A stretch of 55,855 nucleotides of DNA, from positions 1 through 55,855 of the forward strand of contig CAYSXS010000004.1 of NCBI GenBank assembly GCA_964435065.1, written 5' to 3'. The notes below the pieces were generated by a model, which was not told the DNA's origin, made no database searches, and was given only the letters and a program-made list of their open reading frames with translations. Origin of the DNA: an uncultured Gammaproteobacteria bacterium (lineage in GTDB: Bacteria > Patescibacteriota > Patescibacteriia > UBA2196). The number at the start of each line of letters is the position of its first letter. Position 1 is the first letter of the stretch. A program made the position numbers and the translations under genes. Below are positions 16,345 to 26,179 of this stretch, in pieces.

Positions 16345-17238
16345 TTACATACTGTCAAGTTCTAAAGGTATCTCAGTAATGATATCGTCGACAGTAGTTA
16401 CTAGTTTAGCACCTATTTGTATTAAATTATGTGGACCTTGTGAATTTATTGAATAAATGTTTCCAGGTACTGTAAATACTTCACGATTGTAATCTAAAGC
16501 TAATTTAGCTGTTATAAGTGCTCCGGATCTTTCCGGGGCTTCTGTAACTAATGTTCCTAAGCTTAAACCAGCTACAATTCTGTTTCTTTGAGGAAAAAAG
16601 TATCTTTCTGGTCTTGTATGTGGTGGATATTCAGATAATATTAATCCATCTTTGGATATTATCTCATCTGCTAGTCTTTGGTTTTCTTTTGGGTAGAAAA
16701 CACTTGGATTTAAACCAAAGCCTAAGACTGCTATTGTTCTCCCATTATTATCTAAACATGTTTGATGGGCTACTGCATCAATTCCTGAAGCTAATCCTGA
16801 TATGATAGATAGATTGTATTTAACTAATTCAGTTACAATATTTTGTGTAACTTGTTTTCCATATTCTGAAATTTTTCTTGTACCAACTACTGCTATACTG
16901 TTACTATCTCTGGGATCATTTAGTTTGCCTTTATAGTATAGCAAGAAAGGGGGATTAGGTATTTGTTTTAAAAGTCTTGGATAGTTATTATCACTAAGTG
17001 TGACAATATTGATATCTTGGCTATGTACTTTTTCTAATTCCTCATCTATGTTAATTCTATTCCTTGTTTCCATAATTTCCATAACAACTTTTTCTGATAA
17101 TCCTGATCTAGTTAGTTCAACGTATGGGGCTTGCCATGCGTGTGTTACAGAAGGGAAGTATGAATGGATTTTTTGAAAATTTTTAGGCCCTAAACCATTA
17201 ATTAAAGAAAAAGCAAAATATGATTTATTTTCATTCAT
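16345..17238 (-). CDS. dprA: DNA-processing protein DprA/Smf
   Basis: IAVVGTR, SGLASGIDAVAH, FPQRNRIVAGLS, SGALITA. Confidence 0.97.
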   Translation of the reverse strand: MNENKSYFAFSLINGLGPKNFQKIHSYFPSVTHAWQAPYVELTRSGLSEKVVMEIMETRNRINIDEELEKVHSQDINIVTLSDNNYPRLLKQIPNPPFLLYYKGKLNDPRDSNSIAVVGTRKISEYGKQVTQNIVTELVKYNLSIISGLASGIDAVAHQTCLDNNGRTIAVLGFGLNPSVFYPKENQRLADEIISKDGLILSEYPPHTRPERYFFPQRNRIVAGLSLGTLVTEAPERSGALITAKLALDYNREVFTVPGNIYSINSQGPHNLIQIGAKLVTTVDDIITEIPLELDSM

Positions 17239-17786
17239 AGATTGTATATATATGGTTTACTGTTCTTATAATATTGGATCATGAATTGAGGGATAACTTT
17301 AGCCTCAACCATACGTTTTGTTTTAGACTCAACACTTTGGAAAAAATCAGCCTCAAAAAAATGTTCAGCCTTATCTTTTAGTATCTTTTTTATTGTGAAT
17401 GGGCCAGCAAAACTAAAAATTTCACCAGTTTCCTCCATTTTTTTTAATTTTTTTATATCCTGATCAGTTTTTAACATAATGGCCGGTATTAAATTGTGAG
17501 TCAAAGTTAAAGCAGTTGTCTTATGGCTTCCATCCATAAGGATATATTCTATTTCAGGATTTTCTTTAAAAAACTTTTCAATTGCAGTATTATGTTTTTT
17601 AATCTCTTTATTGGGTCCACTAAGTAAGGGAAGTCCTTGGGATTTATGATAAACAGGTAGAGGGGGAAGAATTTCAGGATGTCCCCTCTGACAAATCTTA
17701 AAGTATATTTTCAATATTTGTTCATTGTGAACCGGAAAATCGTTTGTGGTCATTATTTGGTTTGGGTGTAAATTAGTTAACTGCAT
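17235..17786 (-). CDS. Hypothetical protein, possible ParB/sulfiredoxin-like fold
   Basis: YILMDGSHKTTA resembles the DGxHR motif; 4-nt overlap with dprA start. Confidence 0.5.
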   Translation of the reverse strand: MQLTNLHPNQIMTTNDFPVHNEQILKIYFKICQRGHPEILPPLPVYHKSQGLPLLSGPNKEIKKHNTAIEKFFKENPEIEYILMDGSHKTTALTLTHNLIPAIMLKTDQDIKKLKKMEETGEIFSFAGPFTIKKILKDKAEHFFEADFFQSVESKTKRMVEAKVIPQFMIQYYKNSKPYIYNL

Positions 17787-17890
17787 ATTAATATGTAGGA
17801 TAAATGATTAAATTGTATATATATATGTATATATATCATATATATTATATCATCATTGACATAATCATCAAACTATGCTAATATATACTA

Positions 17891-18089
17891 ATGTCTAGGG
17901 AGGGTTTTTTATTTAAATAAATTAGTCTATATCTTCCCCTGTCTGAGTGGCCAAAGTGAAAGAACCCCTCCTTACTGGATCGAGTAGCCTAAAGTCAAGG
18001 ATGTTGCGAATCTTCGTATACTTTCTTGCACTCAGCAGGGTAAAATGTAGATTAAACGAAAATACCTATCTGTGAGGACAGGTATTTTT
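17891..18089 (+). ncRNA. Candidate 6S-like RNA (long imperfect hairpin with central bubble)
   Basis: Promoter TTGACA(17856)-17-TAATAT; stems 17922-17932/18045-18055 and 17937-17949/18029-18040; internal hairpin TGCGA-ATCT-TCGTA; terminator 18059-18089. Confidence 0.5.
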
Positions 18090-18120
18090 GTTTGAATTTT
18101 TTTTTGAATAATATTTGTCA

Positions 18121-18609
18121 TTATTGAGGTATTGGGGTTGGAACATCAAATAGTTTGAAGAACTGTTTGCTTCCACAATCAACGAATAACCCTAAACAGT
18201 TTTCTGATCCTAAATTGAATCTGTCTCCCTCTGCTTTAAGTACAGCTTTTTCTGCGTTTTCTACACTCATTTTCCTGTACTTTATGGTTTTAGATGAGTT
18301 ATTCTGTTTAGTTGTGTAAGCAACTAAATAAAAATCATCTTTTTCGCCATCAGAATCAATATTAGTAGCCCAACATGTGGTAAAAACTTCTCCTATATCT
18401 GTTCTTTTGTATTTTTTGATATAGTAGCGTGTTGGGGTTCTTAATTTTATATACCATACAACCGCACCAACCATCATTAATATGCCAAAACCATTTATTA
18501 AATTTATGGCCATGCCTAGATGCCCTTTGGTAGAAAGCCAGACTATTATAGAGAAAAAGCTTAGTGCAAATAACAGGCATACACATATGAACATTATTCT
18601 TTTTTTCAT
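18121..18609 (-). CDS. Orphan membrane protein (2 TM)
   Basis: Two N-terminal hydrophobic segments; 4-nt overlap with upstream gene. Confidence 0.7.
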   Translation of the reverse strand: MKKRIMFICVCLLFALSFFSIIVWLSTKGHLGMAINLINGFGILMMVGAVVWYIKLRTPTRYYIKKYKRTDIGEVFTTCWATNIDSDGEKDDFYLVAYTTKQNNSSKTIKYRKMSVENAEKAVLKAEGDRFNLGSENCLGLFVDCGSKQFFKLFDVPTPIPQ

Positions 18610-19082
18610 TCTGCGACCTCCGCTCTTAATCGTTCATATTTTTCACTAATCTCGCTTTCTTTCCATCTGTATTTTCTAAGTAATCTATATGAAATAAATG
18701 AGAAAAATATTAAAACAATACACCCTGCTATCATATAGTAGGCCTCAATAATTGGTATAATTGTTTTAGATATAAAATTACCAATCAACATTATAAAGAT
18801 ACAGCCAAATATTCCTACTAAAAAAGGAAAAATTATTTTAAATGGTATTCCCATCATGTTTTCAATATTTTCCAACAGAATTTCTGCCGGACTTTCCTTT
18901 GGAAATGTTATTACATGTCTATAATAAAACAACAGGTAATAGAAAATGCAAATTATAGTTATTGTTAATAACCATGCAAATCCTTCCCTCATACCAAGAT
19001 CAAATGCAATCAGAATAATATCCAAAATTAAAAACCAAAAGAGCATTTTAGCTTGTTTAACATCTTTTTGTATATTTTCCAC
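18606..19082 (-). CDS. Orphan multi-pass membrane protein
   Basis: GTG start with GGAGG SD; about 4 TM helices. Confidence 0.7.
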   Translation of the reverse strand: MENIQKDVKQAKMLFWFLILDIILIAFDLGMREGFAWLLTITIICIFYYLLFYYRHVITFPKESPAEILLENIENMMGIPFKIIFPFLVGIFGCIFIMLIGNFISKTIIPIIEAYYMIAGCIVLIFFSFISYRLLRKYRWKESEISEKYERLRAEVAE

Positions 19083-19133
19083 GGTACACCTCCAATGTTA
19101 TGGGTTATTAAATATGTTTAATATATATACTTC

Positions 19134-19658
19134 CTAACACATTTCTTGAATTTTTTCAAGTACTTGTGGTAGGATAGTTTCTTTTAATTCTTTTTGTTCT
19201 TTGCGGGAGAATTTTTTTAATACAAATTTATCAGCAGGCATTTTCTCCTTATATTCATTAGATATGCCTATACGTACTCTATTAAACTTATCTGTACCTA
19301 AATGTTGGATGATTGATTTGATTCCATTGTGTCCAGCACTAGATCCTTCTTGTCTTACACGTATTTCTCCAAAAGGTAAGTCTAATTCATCGTAGATTAC
19401 AATAATATTTTCTGGAGATATATTGTGTTTTTTGGCTGCGTAGGCTACTGAAACCCCGGAGTTATTCATAAATGTCTGTGGTTTAATGATTTCAACTTCT
19501 TTATCATTAATTTGTATTCTAATATATTCTGCTTTAGCATTTTTACTTTTACTCCATTTGTCTTTTCCAACTAAAAAATCTACAGCTTGAAAACCTGCAT
19601 TATGTTTTGTTTTTGAATATTTTCTGCCTGGGTTACCCAGGCCTACGATTAAAAACAT
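19134..19658 (-). CDS. pth: Peptidyl-tRNA hydrolase
   Basis: IVGLGNPG, KHNAGF, KPQTFMNNSG, GHNGIKS. Confidence 0.97.
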   Translation of the reverse strand: MFLIVGLGNPGRKYSKTKHNAGFQAVDFLVGKDKWSKSKNAKAEYIRIQINDKEVEIIKPQTFMNNSGVSVAYAAKKHNISPENIIVIYDELDLPFGEIRVRQEGSSAGHNGIKSIIQHLGTDKFNRVRIGISNEYKEKMPADKFVLKKFSRKEQKELKETILPQVLEKIQEMC

Positions 19659-19662
19659 ATTT

Positions 19663-21030
19663 TTATCCCCTGGCCCTTTCTACTACAATTTTAATAGGAG
19701 TGCCGTCAAATTTAAATTTTTTACGTATATTGTTTTCTAAATATCTTAAATATGATTCTGGAATTTTTGCTAGATTAGTTACATTTATTTCAAAGATAGG
19801 TGGGTTTGTGTCTTTTTGAACACTTTTAGAAATGAAAGCCCTTGTCTTATTTAATGAACCAAGTTTTCTTGGTTGTCTTGGGGGTGGCATTTTTTTCATT
19901 AAATAATTAACTAATTCATTTAAATCTTCTTTTGTAACCTTTTTGGTTCGCATCTTATATATATCTAATACTAATTGTAATATTTTATGGGAGTTTTTAC
20001 CAGATTTAGCTGATGTAAAGATAATGGGTGCCCAAGGTAAGAAAGGGAAGTATTGAAGAATAGTTTTTCTCATTTCTTTTGTGGTGTACATATCTATATC
20101 TAATAAATCATATTTATTAGCTACAAATATTACACTTACACCTGACTCAATAATTAAACCAGCTAGTTGAGCATCTTGAGCAGATAAAGGTTCTGATATA
20201 TCTAAAACAAATATTGCAATATCTGATCTTTTTAAAGTTCTAATACTCATAGCAATACCTGCACTTTCTAAAGATTTTGGTTGTACTTTAGATTTTCTAC
20301 GAATACCAGCTGTATCTACCAGTTCAATTGTTTTCTTTTTGTATTCCATTAATATATCCTGTGGTTCACGTGTTGTGTGAGGAATAGAAGATACAATAGC
20401 TTTATCTTCACCTAAGATTTGATTAAGTAAAGAAGACTTGCCTGCATTTGGTTTACCAATTATTGCTACTCGAATTTTATCTTTTTTGTTTAGGTTAGTA
20501 TTTTTTCTCTTTTTTAATTTTAATTTTTTTATAACAACATCTAACATGTCTCCAATGCCGATTCCGCTGGCTGCTGCTATCCCATACACGTCACCTAAAC
20601 CAAGTTTTTCAAATTCTTCTGGTGTAATTGATTTACTTTTATCTATCTTGTTAGCTACTAAGATAAATTCTTTTTTAGATTTTTTTAATAACTGAGCAAT
20701 TAATCTATCATCTCTTAATATCCCATCTCTAGAATCAACTAAGAATAATATTAGGTCTGATTTCTTAATAGTTTCTTTAACTTTGTTTTCAACTTGTTCT
20801 TCGATATATTCTTCATTATCGTTCTTTGGTTTAATTGTTTTTTCAATATCAAAAAGACCACCTGTATCTACAACTTGAAAAAGTCTGCCTTGCCAGTCAC
20901 AAATACCAAAATTCAGGTCACGGGTGGTGCCTGCTATGTTTGAGATTAGGGCCTTGCGTTTCTCAATTAATTTATTAAACAAAGTTGATTTACCAACATT
21001 TGTTCGGCCAATGATTGTGACTGTTTTCAT
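19663..21030 (-). CDS. der: Ribosome biogenesis GTPase Der/EngA
   Basis: Two G domains (GRTNVGKS, GKPNAGKS; DTGG/DTAG; NKID/NKYD) plus KH-like tail. Confidence 0.97.
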   Translation of the reverse strand: MKTVTIIGRTNVGKSTLFNKLIEKRKALISNIAGTTRDLNFGICDWQGRLFQVVDTGGLFDIEKTIKPKNDNEEYIEEQVENKVKETIKKSDLILFLVDSRDGILRDDRLIAQLLKKSKKEFILVANKIDKSKSITPEEFEKLGLGDVYGIAAASGIGIGDMLDVVIKKLKLKKRKNTNLNKKDKIRVAIIGKPNAGKSSLLNQILGEDKAIVSSIPHTTREPQDILMEYKKKTIELVDTAGIRRKSKVQPKSLESAGIAMSIRTLKRSDIAIFVLDISEPLSAQDAQLAGLIIESGVSVIFVANKYDLLDIDMYTTKEMRKTILQYFPFLPWAPIIFTSAKSGKNSHKILQLVLDIYKMRTKKVTKEDLNELVNYLMKKMPPPRQPRKLGSLNKTRAFISKSVQKDTNPPIFEINVTNLAKIPESYLRYLENNIRKKFKFDGTPIKIVVERARG

Positions 21031-21097
21031 GTGATGATTTATAGCAAAAAAACAATCTCAAAGCTAGTTTGAGATTTTTTAATATTAGTACCCAACT

Positions 21098-21385
21098 CTA
21101 ACTATATGATTCAGCTAGTTGTTTGAAAAAGTTTTTAAACCCAAGTGGTTTCAAATCTTTTGCACTTGGAAAACTATGAAATTTTTCTTTTTTTTCTTTA
21201 GGATCAACAAACAAAGCAAAAAAACCAACCACTTCTTTCTTTTTTGGATCCCAATGTAGATAATGGTCAGTGTCTAACATTATATTGTCCACCTTATCTA
21301 AATCTTTAGGATCAACAGTAGTTACCATCAATTCTTGTGTGGCGGCAGAGTAGGAGTAATTAAGTTTTGTTTTTTTTGTTGCCAT
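21098..21385 (-). CDS. Putative antitoxin, DUF2283-like
   Basis: YSY...LMV...LHWD...VVGF pattern; downstream of a toxin-like gene. Confidence 0.5.
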   Translation of the reverse strand: MATKKTKLNYSYSAATQELMVTTVDPKDLDKVDNIMLDTDHYLHWDPKKKEVVGFFALFVDPKEKKEKFHSFPSAKDLKPLGFKNFFKQLAESYS

Positions 21386-21708
21386 AATATTTTATTAATT
21401 TTGTTTAAACCTAGGTTTTGAGTTCCAAATGCAGTTAGAATAATTTGGTCAAGTTTTTTGATATATTTAACTGCAACTATTAAGTATGGGATTTTTTTAT
21501 TATCTTGGAAATTACCTAAATAGATTAATGATTCTCTGTTTTTTGTTCCTTGCCCTATATATAAAGGGTTTTCTATAACTTTCTTTATAGAAGAAATATG
21601 ACCTTTCATTTCAGGGTGTCTGATAATAATATGTTTTTCAAAAGTTTCTTTTAGTAACTTAACCTCATTTTTTAAGGGGTCAGTTGCGATGAATAGAATT
21701 TGCTTCAT
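21328..21708 (-). CDS. Putative RNase toxin (BECR/RelE-like fold)
   Basis: KHIIxRHPEM...I...IENP...YLIVAVK...ILTAF pattern. Confidence 0.55.
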   Translation of the reverse strand: MKQILFIATDPLKNEVKLLKETFEKHIIIRHPEMKGHISSIKKVIENPLYIGQGTKNRESLIYLGNFQDNKKIPYLIVAVKYIKKLDQIILTAFGTQNLGLNKINKILWQQKKQNLITPTLPPHKN

Positions 21709-21724
21709 AAAACAAGATAAATAA

Positions 21725-21958
21725 CTAAGATAACATCAATTTCTTTTTTATGGTTTGGTTGGGTTTTAATTTTAATCTATTAACAAACTCTTTCGGTAAA
21801 AAGTTTATTTTTTCAAAACCAATAACTTTGTTATTTTTGTCCATCATCAAAATATCCTCATTTTTGTTCATTTCAGAATGAGTACTTTTTTTTGGGTCAT
21901 CCATCCACATATTGAATGTGTTACCAATTGTATCTATAAATATATTTATTTTATTCAT
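21725..21958 (-). CDS. DUF2283-family putative antitoxin
   Basis: NTFNMWMDDP...DILMMDKNNKVIGFEKINFL. Confidence 0.7.
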   Translation of the reverse strand: MNKINIFIDTIGNTFNMWMDDPKKSTHSEMNKNEDILMMDKNNKVIGFEKINFLPKEFVNRLKLKPNQTIKKKLMLS

Positions 21959-22280
21959 ATTTTTTACCTTGTAATTTGTAGGTATGGTATGCAGTAATTA
22001 AAAAACCTTTACCATTATAATGTCGACATACTGCACATAAATACTTTTTATCTTTAATTTTATAATAATACAAATATATCTTATCGTCAACCTTACTCCG
22101 TCGTACTATTTTTGATTTAGTTAATGTTTCGGTTAATTCATTAAAAGCTTTCTTAAGCTCGGGGTGTTTGATAATAATATTTTACCAACCGATATTTAGA
22201 ATTTTAATTTTAACACCAAGAGATGATGTGATGTACACTTCTTTTTCTGTAAAAATAGTTGGGATATTGGTACTTATCAT
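21951..22280 (-). pseudogene. BECR-type toxin gene interrupted by one in-frame TAA (codon 33, 22184-22182)
   Basis: Manual translation MISTNIP...GW*NIIIKHPEL...RRSKVD...YLYY...YLCAVCRHYNGKGFLITAY...; stop overlaps the DUF2283 start. Confidence 0.8.
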
Positions 22281-22322
22281 AACTTAATTATATCAAGTTG
22301 ATGACAATTAATCAATTGATTT

Positions 22323-23762
22323 TTAAATATTTTCTTCCTCTATTTCTTCTTCAACAACACACTTAGGCTCACCTTCTTTACAACCCAGAACAACAATGAA
22401 ATCTGCCTCATCAATTTTTTCTATTTCACTTGTTGATATGAATTCAGGAAGCTCTTTGGTTGCATTTGCATCTAAAGCTTCTCTTAATATTTTTAAATAT
22501 TCTTTTTTCTTTCCATCAGATAAATCATATATAACATTCTTCTCATAATTCTGTCTAGGGGAGTTGGCTACATTTAAAACTTCATAACTTAAAGAAGTAA
22601 AGAATCCTGCTGTGTCTCTAGCTAAACCTTCTACTTCTGTACCGTTTAATATTACTATCTTGATTTCCTCACTAGGTTCTTGGGGTTGTTCAGATAAAAC
22701 AAAGATGTTTTGAGCTAGATTTCTTAATTCAGAATAGTTTCCAGACCTAGGTACTAATACATACGCACCTTGTTCAGTAATTTCTGCTTTAAGTAATCCT
22801 GTAGGGGAGTTGTCTAAAACTCTTTTTTTAATTTCATTATCAATAATTTTTTGAGCTAGATCTATAAAATGTACAATTTCACCCTTGGTAACATTTGTTT
22901 GTACATGATCTTTTGACATTTCAAATAGCGAGTAGATTAGGTTTGGTTTAAAAACTGTTTTCCAATCAAAAACTTTGTCTTTTAAAGATAAGATAACCTT
23001 TTGCTGTCTAGCTGCTCTGGCAAAATCTGAACCTTCACCATTAGTACCATGTCTTGAACGAGCAAATTTAAGGGCAGTATCGCCATCCATTGTTTGACAT
23101 CCTTCTGTAAACTCAAGAGTTTGATATTGGAAGTCATCTGTTGGATAAAGGTTATCTGTAAAAGATCTTTCAACACATACCTCTATATGTCCTACACTGT
23201 TGATTATATCATTAAAAGAATCAAAGTCTACACGTATCCAATAATGGACAGGTAAGTCAAAAATATCAGATACAATATCTGCAACTAATTTTGACCCACC
23301 ACCATCATAGTTGCCAGTTTCTCCAAAAGAATTAACTGCATTAATTTTATACCATCCTTTTCCTGGAACTTCTACTAAAAAGTCTCTTGGGATTGAAATC
23401 ATTACTACTTGACCAGTTGAAGGTTTAATTGATCCGAAGATTATTGTATCAGTTAGATATGGACCTTCATGTCCAACTCCACCTTGTCCTAAAATTAAAA
23501 AGTTTGTTCTGTTATCCATTTCACCTTTAATCTTTCCATCAAGTCCAACAATTTTTCTAATCTGTTTAATAACTGGTAATTGACCAATACCTTTAATGAT
23601 AGAATCTTGAGAAAATATCACCTTATATGAAAAGCTTGATGAAACAATGAAGATTACTAGTAAAATAAAAAAAGCGATTTTAGTGAATCGTACAAACTTA
23701 CTTTTTGGCTTGTTTTGGTTTAAATATCCTGCTTCTTTCTTAATATGTTCTAAGTTATTCAT
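22323..23762 (-). CDS. LCP (LytR-CpsA-Psr) family protein with LytR_C domain
   Basis: TDTII, SIPRD, KINA, ARSRH, DFARAARQQ; C-terminal ILNGTEVEGLA. Confidence 0.92.
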   Translation of the reverse strand: MNNLEHIKKEAGYLNQNKPKSKFVRFTKIAFFILLVIFIVSSSFSYKVIFSQDSIIKGIGQLPVIKQIRKIVGLDGKIKGEMDNRTNFLILGQGGVGHEGPYLTDTIIFGSIKPSTGQVVMISIPRDFLVEVPGKGWYKINAVNSFGETGNYDGGGSKLVADIVSDIFDLPVHYWIRVDFDSFNDIINSVGHIEVCVERSFTDNLYPTDDFQYQTLEFTEGCQTMDGDTALKFARSRHGTNGEGSDFARAARQQKVILSLKDKVFDWKTVFKPNLIYSLFEMSKDHVQTNVTKGEIVHFIDLAQKIIDNEIKKRVLDNSPTGLLKAEITEQGAYVLVPRSGNYSELRNLAQNIFVLSEQPQEPSEEIKIVILNGTEVEGLARDTAGFFTSLSYEVLNVANSPRQNYEKNVIYDLSDGKKKEYLKILREALDANATKELPEFISTSEIEKIDEADFIVVLGCKEGEPKCVVEEEIEEENI

Positions 23763-23893
23763 ACTTTAATTCTGTTCTTTAGTTACAAATCTAATTCTAC
23801 CATATTAAATATTTGCGTCAATACAAAAAATATGTTAGAATTAAATAAATTTTGCTAAGGTTAGCTATATAAATATTAAAATATATAATATAT

Positions 23894-24517
23894 ATGGAAG
23901 AAGAAAACAAAAATCAAGAAATATTAACAAGTAATTCAAATCAAAACGTTCCTAAGAGTGAAGGAAAAGAATCTTTTAAAGATTTTTTATGGGAAACAGT
24001 TAAAATAGTTATCATATGTCTAATTATTGTTATCCCTATTAAACAATTTGTAGTTCAACCTTTCTATGTTAAAGGAGCTTCAATGGAACCTAACTTCTAT
24101 GATAATGAATATTTATTAATAGATGAGATATCATACAGGTTTAATGAGCCAGTAAGAGGTGAGATTATTGTTTTCCGTCATCCACCTGGGGAAAAGTCTT
24201 TCTATATTAAACGTTTAATTGGTTTACCAGGAGAAAGAATTACTATTAAAGATAATGTAATTCAGATATATAACCAGGATAATCCAAATGGAATGGTAAT
24301 TAATGAAAGTACATATCTACCTGAATCAGCTAAATCATATGATGATGTAGATACAACCTTAGAAGCAGATCAATATTTTGTTATGGGAGATAATAGGGTG
24401 TCATCTCTAGACTCTCGTAGATTTGGACCAGTTTATGAAGAAGATATTATTGGTCGTACTTGGTTACGAGGATGGCCATTTGATAGATTTAAAGTTTTTC
24501 AAACACCAACATATTAA
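23894..24517 (+). CDS. lepB: Signal peptidase I
   Basis: GASMEP (Ser), YIKRLIGLPGE (Lys), MGDNRxxSxDSR. Confidence 0.96.
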   Translation: MEEENKNQEILTSNSNQNVPKSEGKESFKDFLWETVKIVIICLIIVIPIKQFVVQPFYVKGASMEPNFYDNEYLLIDEISYRFNEPVRGEIIVFRHPPGEKSFYIKRLIGLPGERITIKDNVIQIYNQDNPNGMVINESTYLPESAKSYDDVDTTLEADQYFVMGDNRVSSLDSRRFGPVYEEDIIGRTWLRGWPFDRFKVFQTPTY

Positions 24518-24529
24518 AGATTAAAATAT

Positions 24530-26035
24530 ATGACTAATAAGAAAAAACCACAACAATACCAAACCTTAAAAGGTTTTAAAGATATATTACCAAACGAACA
24601 AAAGTATTGGGATTTTTTGTATGACCGTACAAGACAAACATCTTTAGACTATGGTTTTCGTAAATTAGATTTACCAATTTTAGAAGATGCAAGGATATAT
24701 ATCAAAGGAACTGGAAAGACATCAGACATTGTAGAAAAAGAACTATATATGTTTGAAGATAAATCTGGAAATAAAGTAGCTTTACGTCCAGAATTTACTC
24801 CAGGAGTATTACGTGCATATCTTGAGCACGGTATGATTAATCAACCACACCCAATTAAGTTTTTTTCTTGGGGACCTATCTTTAGACACGACAAACCTCA
24901 ATCAGGTAGATATAGACAATTTAACCAGTTTAACTTTGAAGTAATTGGTTCTGAACTGCCAGAAACAGACTCTCAGTTAATCATTATGGTTTCTAGTTTA
25001 TATAAATCATATGGTTTAGATGTTGTTATTGAAATTAACAGTATTGGTTGTCCAGAATGTAGACCTGAATATATGAAGGTGTTAGCTAAATATTTAAGAA
25101 AGAATGCAGATAAGCTATGTGATCTTTGTAAAGAAAGGCTTAAGAAAAATCCTTTACGTGTATTGGATTGTAAAGATAAGAGATGTCAGGAAGCTACAGA
25201 AGAAGCACCTCAAATTCTAGATAATATATGTATAGAATGTAAAGATCATTTTGTTAAGGTTTTAGAAAATCTTGATGATGTTGATGTTATATATAACCTA
25301 AACCCTAGATTGGTTAGAGGTCTTGATTACTATACTCGTACAACCTTTGAAGTGTTCTTAAATGAAGAAACTTTACCAAAACCTGAAGGAGAAGAAGAAA
25401 GGGATAAAGACAAAGAATATAAAAGAATTGCTTTAGGTGGTGGAGGACGTTATGACAATTTAGCTGAAATATTAGGCGGTAGACCTACACCAGCCATTGG
25501 AATGGCTGGGGGAGTTGAACGGGTTATTAAAGTACTTAAACAATCTAGAATAGAAGTTAGTGATCCAACCCAAGCTGATGTTTTCATAGCTCAATTAGGT
25601 GATGAGGCCAAAAAGAAATCTATTAGACTTTTTGAAGATATGCGTAGAAAAACTATTCGTGTACGTGAGGCGTTTTCAAAAACTGGTTTGAAATCTCAAT
25701 TAGAGATAGCAAACAAATTAAATGTTAAATATGCATTGATTTTGGGACAAAAAGAAATTATCGATAATACAATCATAATTAGAGACATGGAATCAGGAAT
25801 TCAAGAAATTGTACGTTTTGATGGAATAATCAATGAAGTTGAGAAAAGATTAACAGGTAGTAATGATTTGAAGGTATATAAAGATGAAGGGATGATGAAT
25901 AATATTGAAAAAAAACCAGAAGGAACCCAAAAACATATTGTAATTGAAAAAGAAGGTCATGTTAAACTGAATGAGCCAGTTGAACTAGAAAAAAAGGCAG
26001 ATGAGATATTGGCGGAGGTTCAGGATAATACTTAA
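24530..26035 (+). CDS. hisS: Histidine--tRNA ligase with C-terminal extension
   Basis: LRPEFT, GRYRQF, LVRGLDYYTRT, GGGRYD. Confidence 0.97.
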   Translation: MTNKKKPQQYQTLKGFKDILPNEQKYWDFLYDRTRQTSLDYGFRKLDLPILEDARIYIKGTGKTSDIVEKELYMFEDKSGNKVALRPEFTPGVLRAYLEHGMINQPHPIKFFSWGPIFRHDKPQSGRYRQFNQFNFEVIGSELPETDSQLIIMVSSLYKSYGLDVVIEINSIGCPECRPEYMKVLAKYLRKNADKLCDLCKERLKKNPLRVLDCKDKRCQEATEEAPQILDNICIECKDHFVKVLENLDDVDVIYNLNPRLVRGLDYYTRTTFEVFLNEETLPKPEGEEERDKDKEYKRIALGGGGRYDNLAEILGGRPTPAIGMAGGVERVIKVLKQSRIEVSDPTQADVFIAQLGDEAKKKSIRLFEDMRRKTIRVREAFSKTGLKSQLEIANKLNVKYALILGQKEIIDNTIIIRDMESGIQEIVRFDGIINEVEKRLTGSNDLKVYKDEGMMNNIEKKPEGTQKHIVIEKEGHVKLNEPVELEKKADEILAEVQDNT

Positions 26036-26063
26036 AATTGACTTATATCAAAATATTTATGAA

Positions 26064-26089
26064 AAAACCACCTTTTAGGTGGTTTTTTT
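26064..26089 (+). terminator. Intrinsic terminator after hisS
   Basis: AAAAAACCACC-TTTTA-GGTGGTTTTTT. Confidence 0.8.
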
Positions 26090-26179
26090 ATTGTCTTGAC
26101 ATAATTGTTAATTTGTGTTATAAATAATGTATAAAATTTTAGTTCACTGAAAAGCATAATTATTAACAAGGAGGTTGTT

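Noticed and set aside
17815-17855. TA-rich quasi-repeat (TATATATGTATATATATCATATATATTATAT)
   Set aside because: Low-complexity AT tract between divergent promoters; no defined unit.
17922-18055. SRP RNA, tmRNA or RNase P identity for the structured RNA
   Set aside because: Lacks the SRP GGAA/AGCAG domain IV motif, tRNA-like tmRNA ends and the RNase P GAGGAAAGUCC motif.
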